From: an uncultured Opitutia bacterium
GTDB taxonomy: Bacteria; Verrucomicrobiota; Verrucomicrobiia; Opitutales; UBA953
Assembly (NCBI GenBank): GCA_903850885.1
Contig: CAINMU010000037.1
Location: 1,110-65,109, forward strand
DNA length: 64,000 nt
Direction: 5' to 3'
Shown here: piece after piece, positions 56,600-64,000 of the stretch
How the letters are laid out: every line of letters starts with the position of its first letter
How positions within the stretch are numbered: the first letter of the stretch is position 1
The notes under the pieces: generated by a model
Seen by the model: only the letters and a program-made list of their open reading frames with translations
What the model was told of the DNA's origin: nothing
Database searches by the model: none
Position numbers and translations under genes: made by a program

Positions 56600-57076
56600 T
56601 TATTTCAGGCCCGCCATCGCATCAAGCAACTGTCGCCCATGGGTCGCGGCTTCGACTTTGGGGACGATCGCAATCAGCTTGCCCTTGCCATCAAAGAGGT
56701 AGGCGGCCCGCGCTGGGCCCAGATACTTTTTTCCATACATGGACTTCTCCACGATGCCGTCGACGGCTTTGGCAAACTGGTCCTCGGGGTCCGATACTAG
56801 GTCGAACTTATAGCCATGCTTGGCGGCATACTTAGCATGGGAGGTGCAAGTGTCTCGAGAGACGGATATAATTTTAAATCCTTGTTTGGCAATGGCTTGC
56901 ATATTTTTACCCAGCTCAGCGTTCTGGAGGTCACAGGAGGAGGTATTGTTGCGCATATAGACCGAAACAAGGGTGGGCCCCTCGATTAACTCGCAAAAGG
57001 GCACCTCCTCGGTTTTTCCGGTTCGATGGGCTTGAACTTTGAACTTCAGATTCGGCTTTTTTCCTAATGAAATCAT
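56600..57076 (-). CDS. bcp: peroxiredoxin, Bcp/AhpC-TSA family
   Basis: LVSVYMRNNTSSCDLQ aligns with the YPkD.TpgCT peroxidatic Cys motif. Also VSRDTCTSHAKYAAKHGYKFDLVSD, with the conserved Arg in PARAAYLFD. Confidence 0.75.
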   Translation of the reverse strand: MISLGKKPNLKFKVQAHRTGKTEEVPFCELIEGPTLVSVYMRNNTSSCDLQNAELGKNMQAIAKQGFKIISVSRDTCTSHAKYAAKHGYKFDLVSDPEDQFAKAVDGIVEKSMYGKKYLGPARAAYLFDGKGKLIAIVPKVEAATHGRQLLDAMAGLK

Positions 57077-57250
57077 GTTTTTAAAGGTTTTAAGGTGAGA
57101 TTAAGGGGGAGCCGGATCTGCTCATTTGTCAAACGGCTGAGCGACTCAACGGGGCCATGGATTACAGGAATCGTACGAACAACGGCTTGGGCCAGCCCTT
57201 TCCCCTTTACAAGTCACCCCAGAGTCCCTTTGTTCCGACCCTTTCCCGCC

Positions 57251-57442
57251 ATGCAAAAGACCCGCAAGTCCATCTCCAAGCGCTTCAAGGTAACCGGAAC
57301 CGGCAAAGTGATGCGCCGCTCCCCTAACGGACGCCACTTGCTGAGCTCCAAGTCTCGCAAGCAACGTCGCCGTGCCAATAAATCCAAGCGCGTCGACTCC
57401 GGCTTCGAGAAGAACATGCTGGCTTCGATGCCTTTCGCGTAA
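57251..57442 (+). CDS. rpmI: 50S ribosomal protein L35
   Basis: MQKTRKSISKRFKVTGTGKVMRRSPNGRHLLSSKSRKQRR is the L35 signature. It uses the internal ATG of track ORF 57095..57442. Confidence 0.92.
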   Translation: MQKTRKSISKRFKVTGTGKVMRRSPNGRHLLSSKSRKQRRRANKSKRVDSGFEKNMLASMPFA

Positions 57443-57527
57443 AGCGGCGGCTACTATTTTTGGCCGACCGGGTGTTCATTAAGGCGACCCCCAGGCCATC
57501 TAAACCCAATAAACACAACATACCAAC

Positions 57528-57884
57528 ATGCCTAGAGCAACCAACGGTCCAGCCACTAAGGCGCGCAAGCGTCGTATGATTAAAGCGGCTAAGGGCTATT
57601 TCGGAAATAAATCACGCCTGTACGTCTACGCCCTCGAGGCCGTCCAGCGCGCCCAGAAGTTCGCTTACCGCGACCGTCGAAAGAATAAGTCGACCTTCCG
57701 CCAATTGTGGATCGTCCGTCTGAACGCTTCCTGCCGTCCCCTCGGTATCTCTTACAGCCGTCTGATCGCTGGCCTCAAAAAGGCTAACATCACCATGGAC
57801 CGTAAGAATCTGAGCGAGCTGGCGCTTCACGACATGCCGGCCTTCGAGGCCATCGTGACCAAGGCCAAAGCCGCCCTCGTCTGA
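57528..57884 (+). CDS. rplT: 50S ribosomal protein L20
   Basis: MPRATNGPATKARKRRMIKAAKGYFGNKSRLY...AYRDRRKNKSTFRQLWIVRLNA is canonical L20. Confidence 0.95.
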   Translation: MPRATNGPATKARKRRMIKAAKGYFGNKSRLYVYALEAVQRAQKFAYRDRRKNKSTFRQLWIVRLNASCRPLGISYSRLIAGLKKANITMDRKNLSELALHDMPAFEAIVTKAKAALV

Positions 57885-57910
57885 GTTAACGGTTAATCCG
57901 TCCCTCTTTC

Positions 57911-57943
57911 GAAGCCCCGGTCCTCCGGGGCTTCTTTGTTTCT
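57911..57943 (+). terminator. Rho-independent terminator or attenuator after rplT
   Basis: A perfect 10-bp stem (gaagccccgg / ccggggcttc) with loop tcct, followed by TTTGTTTCT. Confidence 0.75.
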
Positions 57944-57990
57944 GGGTGCTTTCGCTTGCCGACTTTCCCCGCCAACACACAAATCTATCC

Positions 57991-59031
57991 ATGCAGCAGC
58001 CGCTCGTCCAACTCGTCGCCGCCGCGACCCAAGAGGCTTCCGCCGTTTCGACCCGCGCGGAGATGGAAGCGTTCAAGGCCCGGGTCGTCGGTCCCAACGG
58101 TTCCTTGACTCAGGTGATGAAAGGCATGGCGACGCTTTCGAAAGAAGATCGGCCCGTGGTCGGTAAGCTCATCAACGAAGCCAAGAAAGCCGTCGAAGAA
58201 TTGCTCGCGGCCCTGCAGGCTAAAATTGAAGAGTCCGAAATCGCCGGCGCTTTGGGCGCCCCCATCGATTCGACGTTGCCCAGTCCGGATGCGCCGGCCG
58301 GCTCCCTGCACCCGCTGAGCCGTACCCGCGAAAAGATTCTCAGTACCTTGCGCAAATTAGGTTTCACGGTCGCCGAAGGTCCCGAGGTCGAAACGGAGTG
58401 GCATTGCTTCGACGCCCTCAATACGCCCGCCGATCATCCAGCCCGCGATATGCAGGATACGCTCTATCTCCCCAAATCTTTTCGCTCCGCCGATGCGCCG
58501 CGCAAAGGCGAGGAAGCGATCCTCCTTCGCACGCATACCTCCAGCGTCCAGGTGCGCACGATGCTTTCACGTAAACCTCCTTTCCGGATCGTCGCCCCCG
58601 GACGTTGTTTCCGCCGCGATGCGGTCGACGCCACCCACTCGGCCAATTTCCATCAGGTCGAAGGTCTTTGGATTGATCGCAACGTGACGCTGGCCGATCT
58701 CCGCGGCGTCCTCGATTTCTTCGTGAAGGAAACTTTCGGCCCCGAGGCAGAGATTCGTCTCCGTCCTTCTTTCTTCCCCTTTACGGAGCCGAGTTTCGAG
58801 ATGGATCTGCGCTCACCTAATCTCGGCCGTCTTTCTAATCGCTGGCTCGAAATTATGGGCTGCGGTCTCGTCGACCCCAAGGTGCTCGAGCTCTGCGGCT
58901 TGGATCCGAACGAATGGTCGGGTCTCGCTTTCGGTCTTGGTCTGGAACGCATCGCAATGCTGGTCCACGGCATCGATGATATCCGCCTTTTTTATAATAA
59001 CGATACGCGCTTCCTGCGCCAGTTCGCCTAA
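57991..59031 (+). CDS. pheS: phenylalanine--tRNA ligase alpha subunit
   Basis: HPARDMQDT, LLRTHTSSVQVR, FHQVEGL and FPFTEPS are class II motifs. Start at the ATG at 57991. Confidence 0.95.
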   Translation: MQQPLVQLVAAATQEASAVSTRAEMEAFKARVVGPNGSLTQVMKGMATLSKEDRPVVGKLINEAKKAVEELLAALQAKIEESEIAGALGAPIDSTLPSPDAPAGSLHPLSRTREKILSTLRKLGFTVAEGPEVETEWHCFDALNTPADHPARDMQDTLYLPKSFRSADAPRKGEEAILLRTHTSSVQVRTMLSRKPPFRIVAPGRCFRRDAVDATHSANFHQVEGLWIDRNVTLADLRGVLDFFVKETFGPEAEIRLRPSFFPFTEPSFEMDLRSPNLGRLSNRWLEIMGCGLVDPKVLELCGLDPNEWSGLAFGLGLERIAMLVHGIDDIRLFYNNDTRFLRQFA

Positions 59032-59034
59032 GCC

Positions 59035-61470
59035 ATGAAAGTTTCACTCCAAGCCCTTGCCCGTCACGTCGAACTCGCCGGCGTCACGCCCGAACGTCTG
59101 GCGGATATTCTCCCGATGCTCGGTCTCGAGGTCGAATCAATCCAGTCTTTTGGCCTCTCGCCTTTGCCGCTCGTGGTGGTGGGAGAAATTGTCTCTTTCG
59201 AAAAACACCCGAAGGCCGATCGGCTCAGTGTCTGTAAAGTCGACGTTGGTGATGGTACTCCGCGCCAGATCGTCTGCGGTGCCAAGAATTTCAAGGCCGG
59301 TGACCGAGTGCCTGTGGCTTTGCCTGGCACGCTAATGCCTGGTGGTTTCGAGATCAAGATCTCCAAGCTTCGTGAAGTCGATTCGATGGGAATGATGTGC
59401 TCGGCAGAAGAACTGGGCTTAGGCAAGGGCGAGGACGGTCTGCTGATCCTGACCCCGCGTAAGCCGGCCCTCGGTACGCCGCTCAATCAACTCTATGGTG
59501 CACCGGATACGGTCTTAGATATTTCCGTGACGCCAAACCGCGGCGATTGCCTTGGCCTGCGTGGCGTGGCCCGTGATATCGCGGCCGCGTTGAGTCTGCA
59601 ACTTAAGCCTCTGTCGATCAAGACGGCCGCCGGACTGGCCTCCGTGCCTTCTGCCCAGGATGGATTTAAATTCGTCCGTTCGTCATCCGAGTTCTGTCCT
59701 TATTACACGTTGCGCACGTTGCGGAATATCAAAGTCGGACCGAGTCCAGAATGGATGCGTCGCGACCTCGAGGCCGCTGGTCTCCGCCCGATTAATAATG
59801 TCGTCGATATCACCAATTGGGTACTCCTCGAACTCGGTCAGCCCTTACACGCTTTCGACGCCAAACAGGTGCGCGTAGGGATCGAAGCCCGTCCCGCTCG
59901 CGAAGGTGAAGAAATCGTCCTGCTCGACGGTAAGAAGGTGAAACTTGAAACGGGGATCTGCGTCATCGCCGATGCGGAACGCCCGTTGGTCGTCGCCGGC
60001 GTGATGGGTGGCGCCGAGTCCGGCGTGACATCTGCGACTACGGATATTCTTTTGGAGTCCGCTTGGTTCCGTCCCGGCGAAATTCGCCGCGTCGCCCGGC
60101 GCTTAGGTGTGTCCACGGATTCCTCTCACCGTTTTGCCCGTGATGTGGATCCTGCGGGCGTCGAGTTGGCTTCGCGTCTCGCCACCGATTTACTTATCGA
60201 GCACGCGGGAGCTCAAGTCGTCGGTCCCGCCGTCGCGGTCGGACAGGCACCTCGCGCTGATGCCACCATCGAACTTCCCGCCGGGTACGTCGCCGCCAAA
60301 CTCGGTACCGTCATCGCTGAATCTGATATTACCGCGGCTTTCACTCGCTTAGGTTTTACGGTCAAGCCGAGTGCTCACGGTCTTTTGGTCGTTGTCCCGT
60401 CATTCCGCTCCGACGTCACGCGGCCCATCGATCTCGTGGAGGAATTTGTCCGAATCTACGGAACCGACAAGGTTCCCGTAGGCCGTCCGGTCGCGCCGTT
60501 GCCCGGCGAAGAGGACGCTTTGTCTTCGGTCTTTACCCGCGAAGTTTCGACGCGTCTGGCGGGAGCTGGTTTCACCGAATGTTGCCATTACTCTTTGCGT
60601 GATGCCGCCGAATTGGAACGTACGCTCGGCGCCGATAAGGCCCCCGCCCTTGCCTTGGATAATCCTCTGACCGCGGAGCAGACTCACCTGCGCGCTTCGC
60701 TGCTCCCTGGGCTGGCTGGCGCGCTCGCTCTCAATCTATCCGTCCATGCTGACCCGCAGGGTCTCTTCGAGGTCGGGACGGTTTTTCGTCCGCAGGCGGA
60801 TGGCACGGTCCGCGAGTTCATCGCCGTGGCTTTTGCCGCTCTTGCCGAGCCCGTCACACGTTCATGGAAATCGCGCGAAGCCTTTGACGGCTTGCGTGCC
60901 AAACGCTTGCTCCAAGATGTGGCCGCCCTTGCGGGCGTCTCCGCTGTAAGGCTTTCTTTCGGGCCGGCGACAAGTGGTCTTTGGCAGACTAATCATGCCG
61001 CAGCCCTCGCGGATCGCGGGCGGACCGCCGAAGGCGCCTGTGGCATCCTTGACCTACGCTGGACGCGTCTGATCGGAATCAAAGGTTCGGTCGTGGCCGG
61101 AGAAGTCATCTTCCCGCGTTCGGCATTCGCCGAAACCCGGAAGATTCCGCGCTACGAGGCTTTCTCTTCTTTCCCGCCGGTGACCAAGGATGTAGCCGTG
61201 ATTGTCCCCGTGGGTATCGCGGCCTCCGAAGTCGAGAGCCGGGTCCGCCAAGGCGCCAGTAAAGCAGCGGGCAAAGAGTTCGTCCTCGAGTCAGTCAACT
61301 GTTTCGATGTCTTTAATGGTGTCGGGCTGCCGGAAGGATGCCGCAGTCTGGCCTTTGAAATTCGCTGGCGCCATGCCGCGCGCACCCTCACCGACGAAGA
61401 GACTAATCAAGCTCTGGGCGTCGTCATCGCATCGCTTGAAAAGGGCGCCGGTTGGACCGTTCGTCGCTGA
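59035..61470 (+). CDS. pheT: phenylalanine--tRNA ligase beta subunit
   Basis: The N-terminal tRNA-binding OB domain (VVGEIVSFEKHPKADRLSVCKVDVG), the B3/4 and B5 domains, and the FDX-ACB C-terminus. 811 aa. Confidence 0.95.
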   Translation: MKVSLQALARHVELAGVTPERLADILPMLGLEVESIQSFGLSPLPLVVVGEIVSFEKHPKADRLSVCKVDVGDGTPRQIVCGAKNFKAGDRVPVALPGTLMPGGFEIKISKLREVDSMGMMCSAEELGLGKGEDGLLILTPRKPALGTPLNQLYGAPDTVLDISVTPNRGDCLGLRGVARDIAAALSLQLKPLSIKTAAGLASVPSAQDGFKFVRSSSEFCPYYTLRTLRNIKVGPSPEWMRRDLEAAGLRPINNVVDITNWVLLELGQPLHAFDAKQVRVGIEARPAREGEEIVLLDGKKVKLETGICVIADAERPLVVAGVMGGAESGVTSATTDILLESAWFRPGEIRRVARRLGVSTDSSHRFARDVDPAGVELASRLATDLLIEHAGAQVVGPAVAVGQAPRADATIELPAGYVAAKLGTVIAESDITAAFTRLGFTVKPSAHGLLVVVPSFRSDVTRPIDLVEEFVRIYGTDKVPVGRPVAPLPGEEDALSSVFTREVSTRLAGAGFTECCHYSLRDAAELERTLGADKAPALALDNPLTAEQTHLRASLLPGLAGALALNLSVHADPQGLFEVGTVFRPQADGTVREFIAVAFAALAEPVTRSWKSREAFDGLRAKRLLQDVAALAGVSAVRLSFGPATSGLWQTNHAAALADRGRTAEGACGILDLRWTRLIGIKGSVVAGEVIFPRSAFAETRKIPRYEAFSSFPPVTKDVAVIVPVGIAASEVESRVRQGASKAAGKEFVLESVNCFDVFNGVGLPEGCRSLAFEIRWRHAARTLTDEETNQALGVVIASLEKGAGWTVRR

Positions 61471-61475
61471 TCGCC

Positions 61476-61766
61476 ATGGCTGAAGGTTTCGACATCGATC
61501 ATCTCGCAAAACTCGCCCGTCTGAATCTGACGGCCGCGGAGAAGGTACTTTATTCGTTGCAGCTTAATCAGATCCTGGGCCATTTTCAGGCCTTGGCTAA
61601 AGCTGACCTGCCCGCGACGATCGATCTGGCTCGGGTAGTTTCCGAATCAGCTCTGCGCTCCGACGAGCCAGGTCCAGTCCTCGGCGCCGAAACCGTCACC
61701 CGCCTCGCCCCCGCCTCACGCGATGGCCAGATCTCCGTCCCGCGTGTCGTGGACGACGAAGCCTAA
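61476..61766 (+). CDS. gatC: Asp/Glu-tRNA(Asn/Gln) amidotransferase subunit C
   Basis: IDHLAKLARLNLTAAE and the small size (96 aa). It lies upstream of gatA. Start at the ATG at 61476. Confidence 0.88.
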   Translation: MAEGFDIDHLAKLARLNLTAAEKVLYSLQLNQILGHFQALAKADLPATIDLARVVSESALRSDEPGPVLGAETVTRLAPASRDGQISVPRVVDDEA

Positions 61767-61768
61767 CC

Positions 61769-63226
61769 ATGGACGAACCGCTTCATACGCTTTCCGCCGC
61801 CGAGCTCGGTCGTCGTCTTGCCGCCGGCCCGCTGACGTCTCGGGCCCTCTGCGAGGCGCTCATCGTACGCTATCATGCGGTGAATAAAAAAGTCGGCGCC
61901 TTCACGCACCTTGATGAAGGAGACGTGCTCGCGCAGGCCGATGCCTCAGATGTCCGTCGCAAGGCAGGGCAGGGGCGTGGTCCGCTCGAAGGTGTTCCGG
62001 TCGCCATCAAAGATAATATTGCGGTCAAGGGCCAACCGTTGACGTGTTCGAGTAAGATGCTCGCCTCGCTGGTTTCGCCTTACGATGCGCATGTGACCGA
62101 GCGTCTTCGCGCGGCTGGTGCGATTCTTTACGGGCGTCTCAATATGGATGAATTTGCGATGGGCTCATCCACGGAAAATTCTGCCATCCAAAAAACTTTT
62201 AACCCATGGGATCTCGCCTGTATTCCAGGCGGATCGTCCGGAGGCAGCGCCGCGGCCTTGGCCGCTGGTCTCGTCCCGCTAGCCTTGGGCTCCGATACCG
62301 GTGGCTCGATTCGTCAGCCAGCCTCGCATTGCGGAGTCGTCGGCTTAAAGCCCACCTACGGACTGATTTCTCGCTTCGGCCTCGTGGCCTTCGCCTCGTC
62401 GCTCGACCAGATCGGTCCGATGGCCCGTTGCCTCGAAGACTGCGAACTTCTCCTCGGGGCGCTGGCCTCGGCCGATGCTCGTGACATGACCTGCTTCAGT
62501 CCTTCCGATCGTGCGCTCACGCCTGCCGGTGATGCCAAGAAGCTCCGTATCGGCATTCCCAAAGGTTTTCTCGGCAAGGGGGTGGGTGCAGAGGTCGCCA
62601 CCGCCGTCACCGCCGCGATTGAGTTTTATCGCTCGCAGGGCTGCGCTATTTCCGAAGTCGAACTGCCTTCTGCAGATCTTGCTGTCCCGACTTATTATGT
62701 CGTGGCGACGGCCGAAGCTTCCTCGAATCTCGGGCGCTATGATGGCGTCCGCTATGGTCACCGTTCGGCCTCAGCTGGTACGCCCGTCGAAATGATGACG
62801 AATAGCCGCTCCGAAGGTTTTGGCGCCGAAGTGAAGCGTCGCATCTTGCTCGGAACTTTCGTGCTGAGCGCGGGCTACGCAGACGCTTATTATATGAGGG
62901 CCCTCCGTGCGCGCTCGAAGATACGGGCCGAATATCTCGCGGCTTTGGCTACGGTCGATGTGTTGCTGACGCCGACGGTCCCGACGCCTGCCTTCAAGGT
63001 CGGCGAAAAGGCTTCGGATCCGCTGCAGCTTTATCTCGAGGACATTTTCACGATTCCCGCGAATCTCGCCGGGCTGCCGGCGATTTCGGTGCCTTGCGGC
63101 AAGTCCGGCCACCTTCCGGTCGGCTTCCATCTCGTGGGCGCACCGCTCTCGGAAGCCAAACTTCTTGCCGCTGGCCGTCTCTTTGAGGCTGCTCACGGTT
63201 TTGCTCATCAACAAGCCGCGCTATGA
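61769..63226 (+). CDS. gatA: Asp/Glu-tRNA(Asn/Gln) amidotransferase subunit A
   Basis: The amidase signature (GGSSGGSAAALAAG, GSDTGGSIRQPA) and PVAIKDNI. Confidence 0.95.
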   Translation: MDEPLHTLSAAELGRRLAAGPLTSRALCEALIVRYHAVNKKVGAFTHLDEGDVLAQADASDVRRKAGQGRGPLEGVPVAIKDNIAVKGQPLTCSSKMLASLVSPYDAHVTERLRAAGAILYGRLNMDEFAMGSSTENSAIQKTFNPWDLACIPGGSSGGSAAALAAGLVPLALGSDTGGSIRQPASHCGVVGLKPTYGLISRFGLVAFASSLDQIGPMARCLEDCELLLGALASADARDMTCFSPSDRALTPAGDAKKLRIGIPKGFLGKGVGAEVATAVTAAIEFYRSQGCAISEVELPSADLAVPTYYVVATAEASSNLGRYDGVRYGHRSASAGTPVEMMTNSRSEGFGAEVKRRILLGTFVLSAGYADAYYMRALRARSKIRAEYLAALATVDVLLTPTVPTPAFKVGEKASDPLQLYLEDIFTIPANLAGLPAISVPCGKSGHLPVGFHLVGAPLSEAKLLAAGRLFEAAHGFAHQQAAL

Positions 63227-64000
63227 GTTCTTCGCCTTCAGATTGGGAAGTCGTCATCGGCCTCGAGGTCCACGTGCAACTCCACACTCGCGCGAAAGTT
63301 TTCGCATCTTCCCCTTGGGGCTTCGGTAAGGAGCCCAACGAGCAAGTCGACCCGGTCGTCCTCGGTCTTCCCGGTACGCTGCCGGTGGTGAACCGCGAGG
63401 CGGTCGAGAAATCCATCCTGTTCGGCCTGGTCGTAGGCTCATCGGTGCCAGAACAATGTGCCTGGGATCGGAAAAATTATTTCTACCCGGATAATCCGAA
63501 GAACTATCAACTTACCCAGAAAGATTTTCCGGTTGTCGTCGGTGGACAGGTGGAAATCGAACTGCCAGGTGTTTCGCGTAATGTGATGGGCGAGCACAAG
63601 TTCATCCGTATCCATCATGCGCACCTTGAAGAAGATGTGGGTAAGCTCAGCCACGCGGGCAGCGGCTCACTCGTCGATTATAATCGGGCCGGCGTGCCTT
63701 TATTGGAAATCGTCACCGAGCCCGATCTTCGTTCTGCCGCCGAGGCCGAAGCTTTCCTGCGTTCGTTGGTCGCACTTTTGACCCAAGCGGGCGTGGCGGA
63801 TTGTGACATGGAGAAAGGTCAGCTCCGTTGCGATTGTAACGTGTCTATTCGCCGCCGTGGTGCCGAGAAGCTCGGTACCCGCACCGAGACCAAGAATTTG
63901 AACTCTATCTCCAGCGTCCGTGATACGGTCATCTACGAAACTGCCCGTCAGATTCGCGAGTTAGAGGCTGGTCGCACCATCACGCAGGAGACCCGCGGTT
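63223..64000 (+). CDS. gatB: Asp/Glu-tRNA(Asn/Gln) amidotransferase subunit B (5' part; continues beyond the window)
   Basis: Not in the track because no stop falls inside the window. The ATG at 63223 overlaps the gatA stop (ATGA). My translation: MSSSPSDWEVVIGLEVHVQL...WDRKNYFYPDNPKNYQLTQ...HLEEDVGK...VDYNRAGVPLLEIVTEPD...MEKGQLRCDCNVSIR. Confidence 0.93.
   Translation, partial: MSSSPSDWEVVIGLEVHVQLHTRAKVFASSPWGFGKEPNEQVDPVVLGLPGTLPVVNREAVEKSILFGLVVGSSVPEQCAWDRKNYFYPDNPKNYQLTQKDFPVVVGGQVEIELPGVSRNVMGEHKFIRIHHAHLEEDVGKLSHAGSGSLVDYNRAGVPLLEIVTEPDLRSAAEAEAFLRSLVALLTQAGVADCDMEKGQLRCDCNVSIRRRGAEKLGTRTETKNLNSISSVRDTVIYETARQIRELEAGRTITQETRG

Noticed and set aside
56600-57076. The Bcp-like peroxiredoxin has Met in place of the conserved Pro of the PxxxTxxC motif (YMRNNTSSC).
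   Set aside because: The peroxidatic Cys, the Thr and the conserved Arg are present. A single substitution judged from memory of the consensus is too weak to call an unusual enzyme.
1-64000. A search for CRISPR repeats, IS elements or transposases, integrases, phage genes, toxin-antitoxin pairs, and rRNA/tRNA genes.
   Set aside because: I saw no regularly spaced short repeats. No ORF has transposase (DDE), integrase or recombinase motifs. No intergenic gap exceeds about 240 nt. The window looks like core chromosome rather than an accessory island.

Overview
Gene-dense, GC-rich chromosomal segment (GC not computed) from a Gram-negative-type bacterium. I count about 58 protein genes. I saw no rRNA, tRNA, CRISPR array, transposase, integrase or phage gene. 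Most genes are recognisable housekeeping genes: mutL, uvrB, nadE, thrB-thrC, rlmN, rpe, fabH-plsX-rpmF, pdxA-lpxA, rsmI, pgi, ilvD, scpB-pheA, glyQS, metX, cls, rpsA, infC, rpmI-rplT, pheST and gatCAB. The gatB gene runs off the right edge and the first gene runs off the left edge. The long-form GreA, many large secreted TPR proteins and frequent GTG/TTG starts suggest the PVC group (Verrucomicrobiota-like), but this is inference only and needs a database search. I refined ORF-track starts using neighbouring gene boundaries and conserved N-termini. rpmF (59 aa) is absent from the track and was found by translating the minus strand by eye. I found no clear-cut novel system. The least-explained parts are listed here. 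(1) An exbB-exbD-exbD operon led by two secreted TPR proteins (1116 aa and 342 aa), with no TonB-type partner. (2) Tandem paralogs of a membrane-anchored vWA-like protein whose TM helix carries a TonB-style SxxxH motif. (3) A small secreted protein with three CxxC motifs and a near-perfect internal repeat, next to an orphan BtuF-like binding protein in a hypothetical-lpxA-pdxA operon. (4) A roughly 657-aa GreA homolog with a long N-terminal extension, interrupted by a frameshift. That frameshift and a second split gene both sit at CCCC runs, which argues for homopolymer assembly error. Five convergent gene pairs have abutting or overlapping stop codons.
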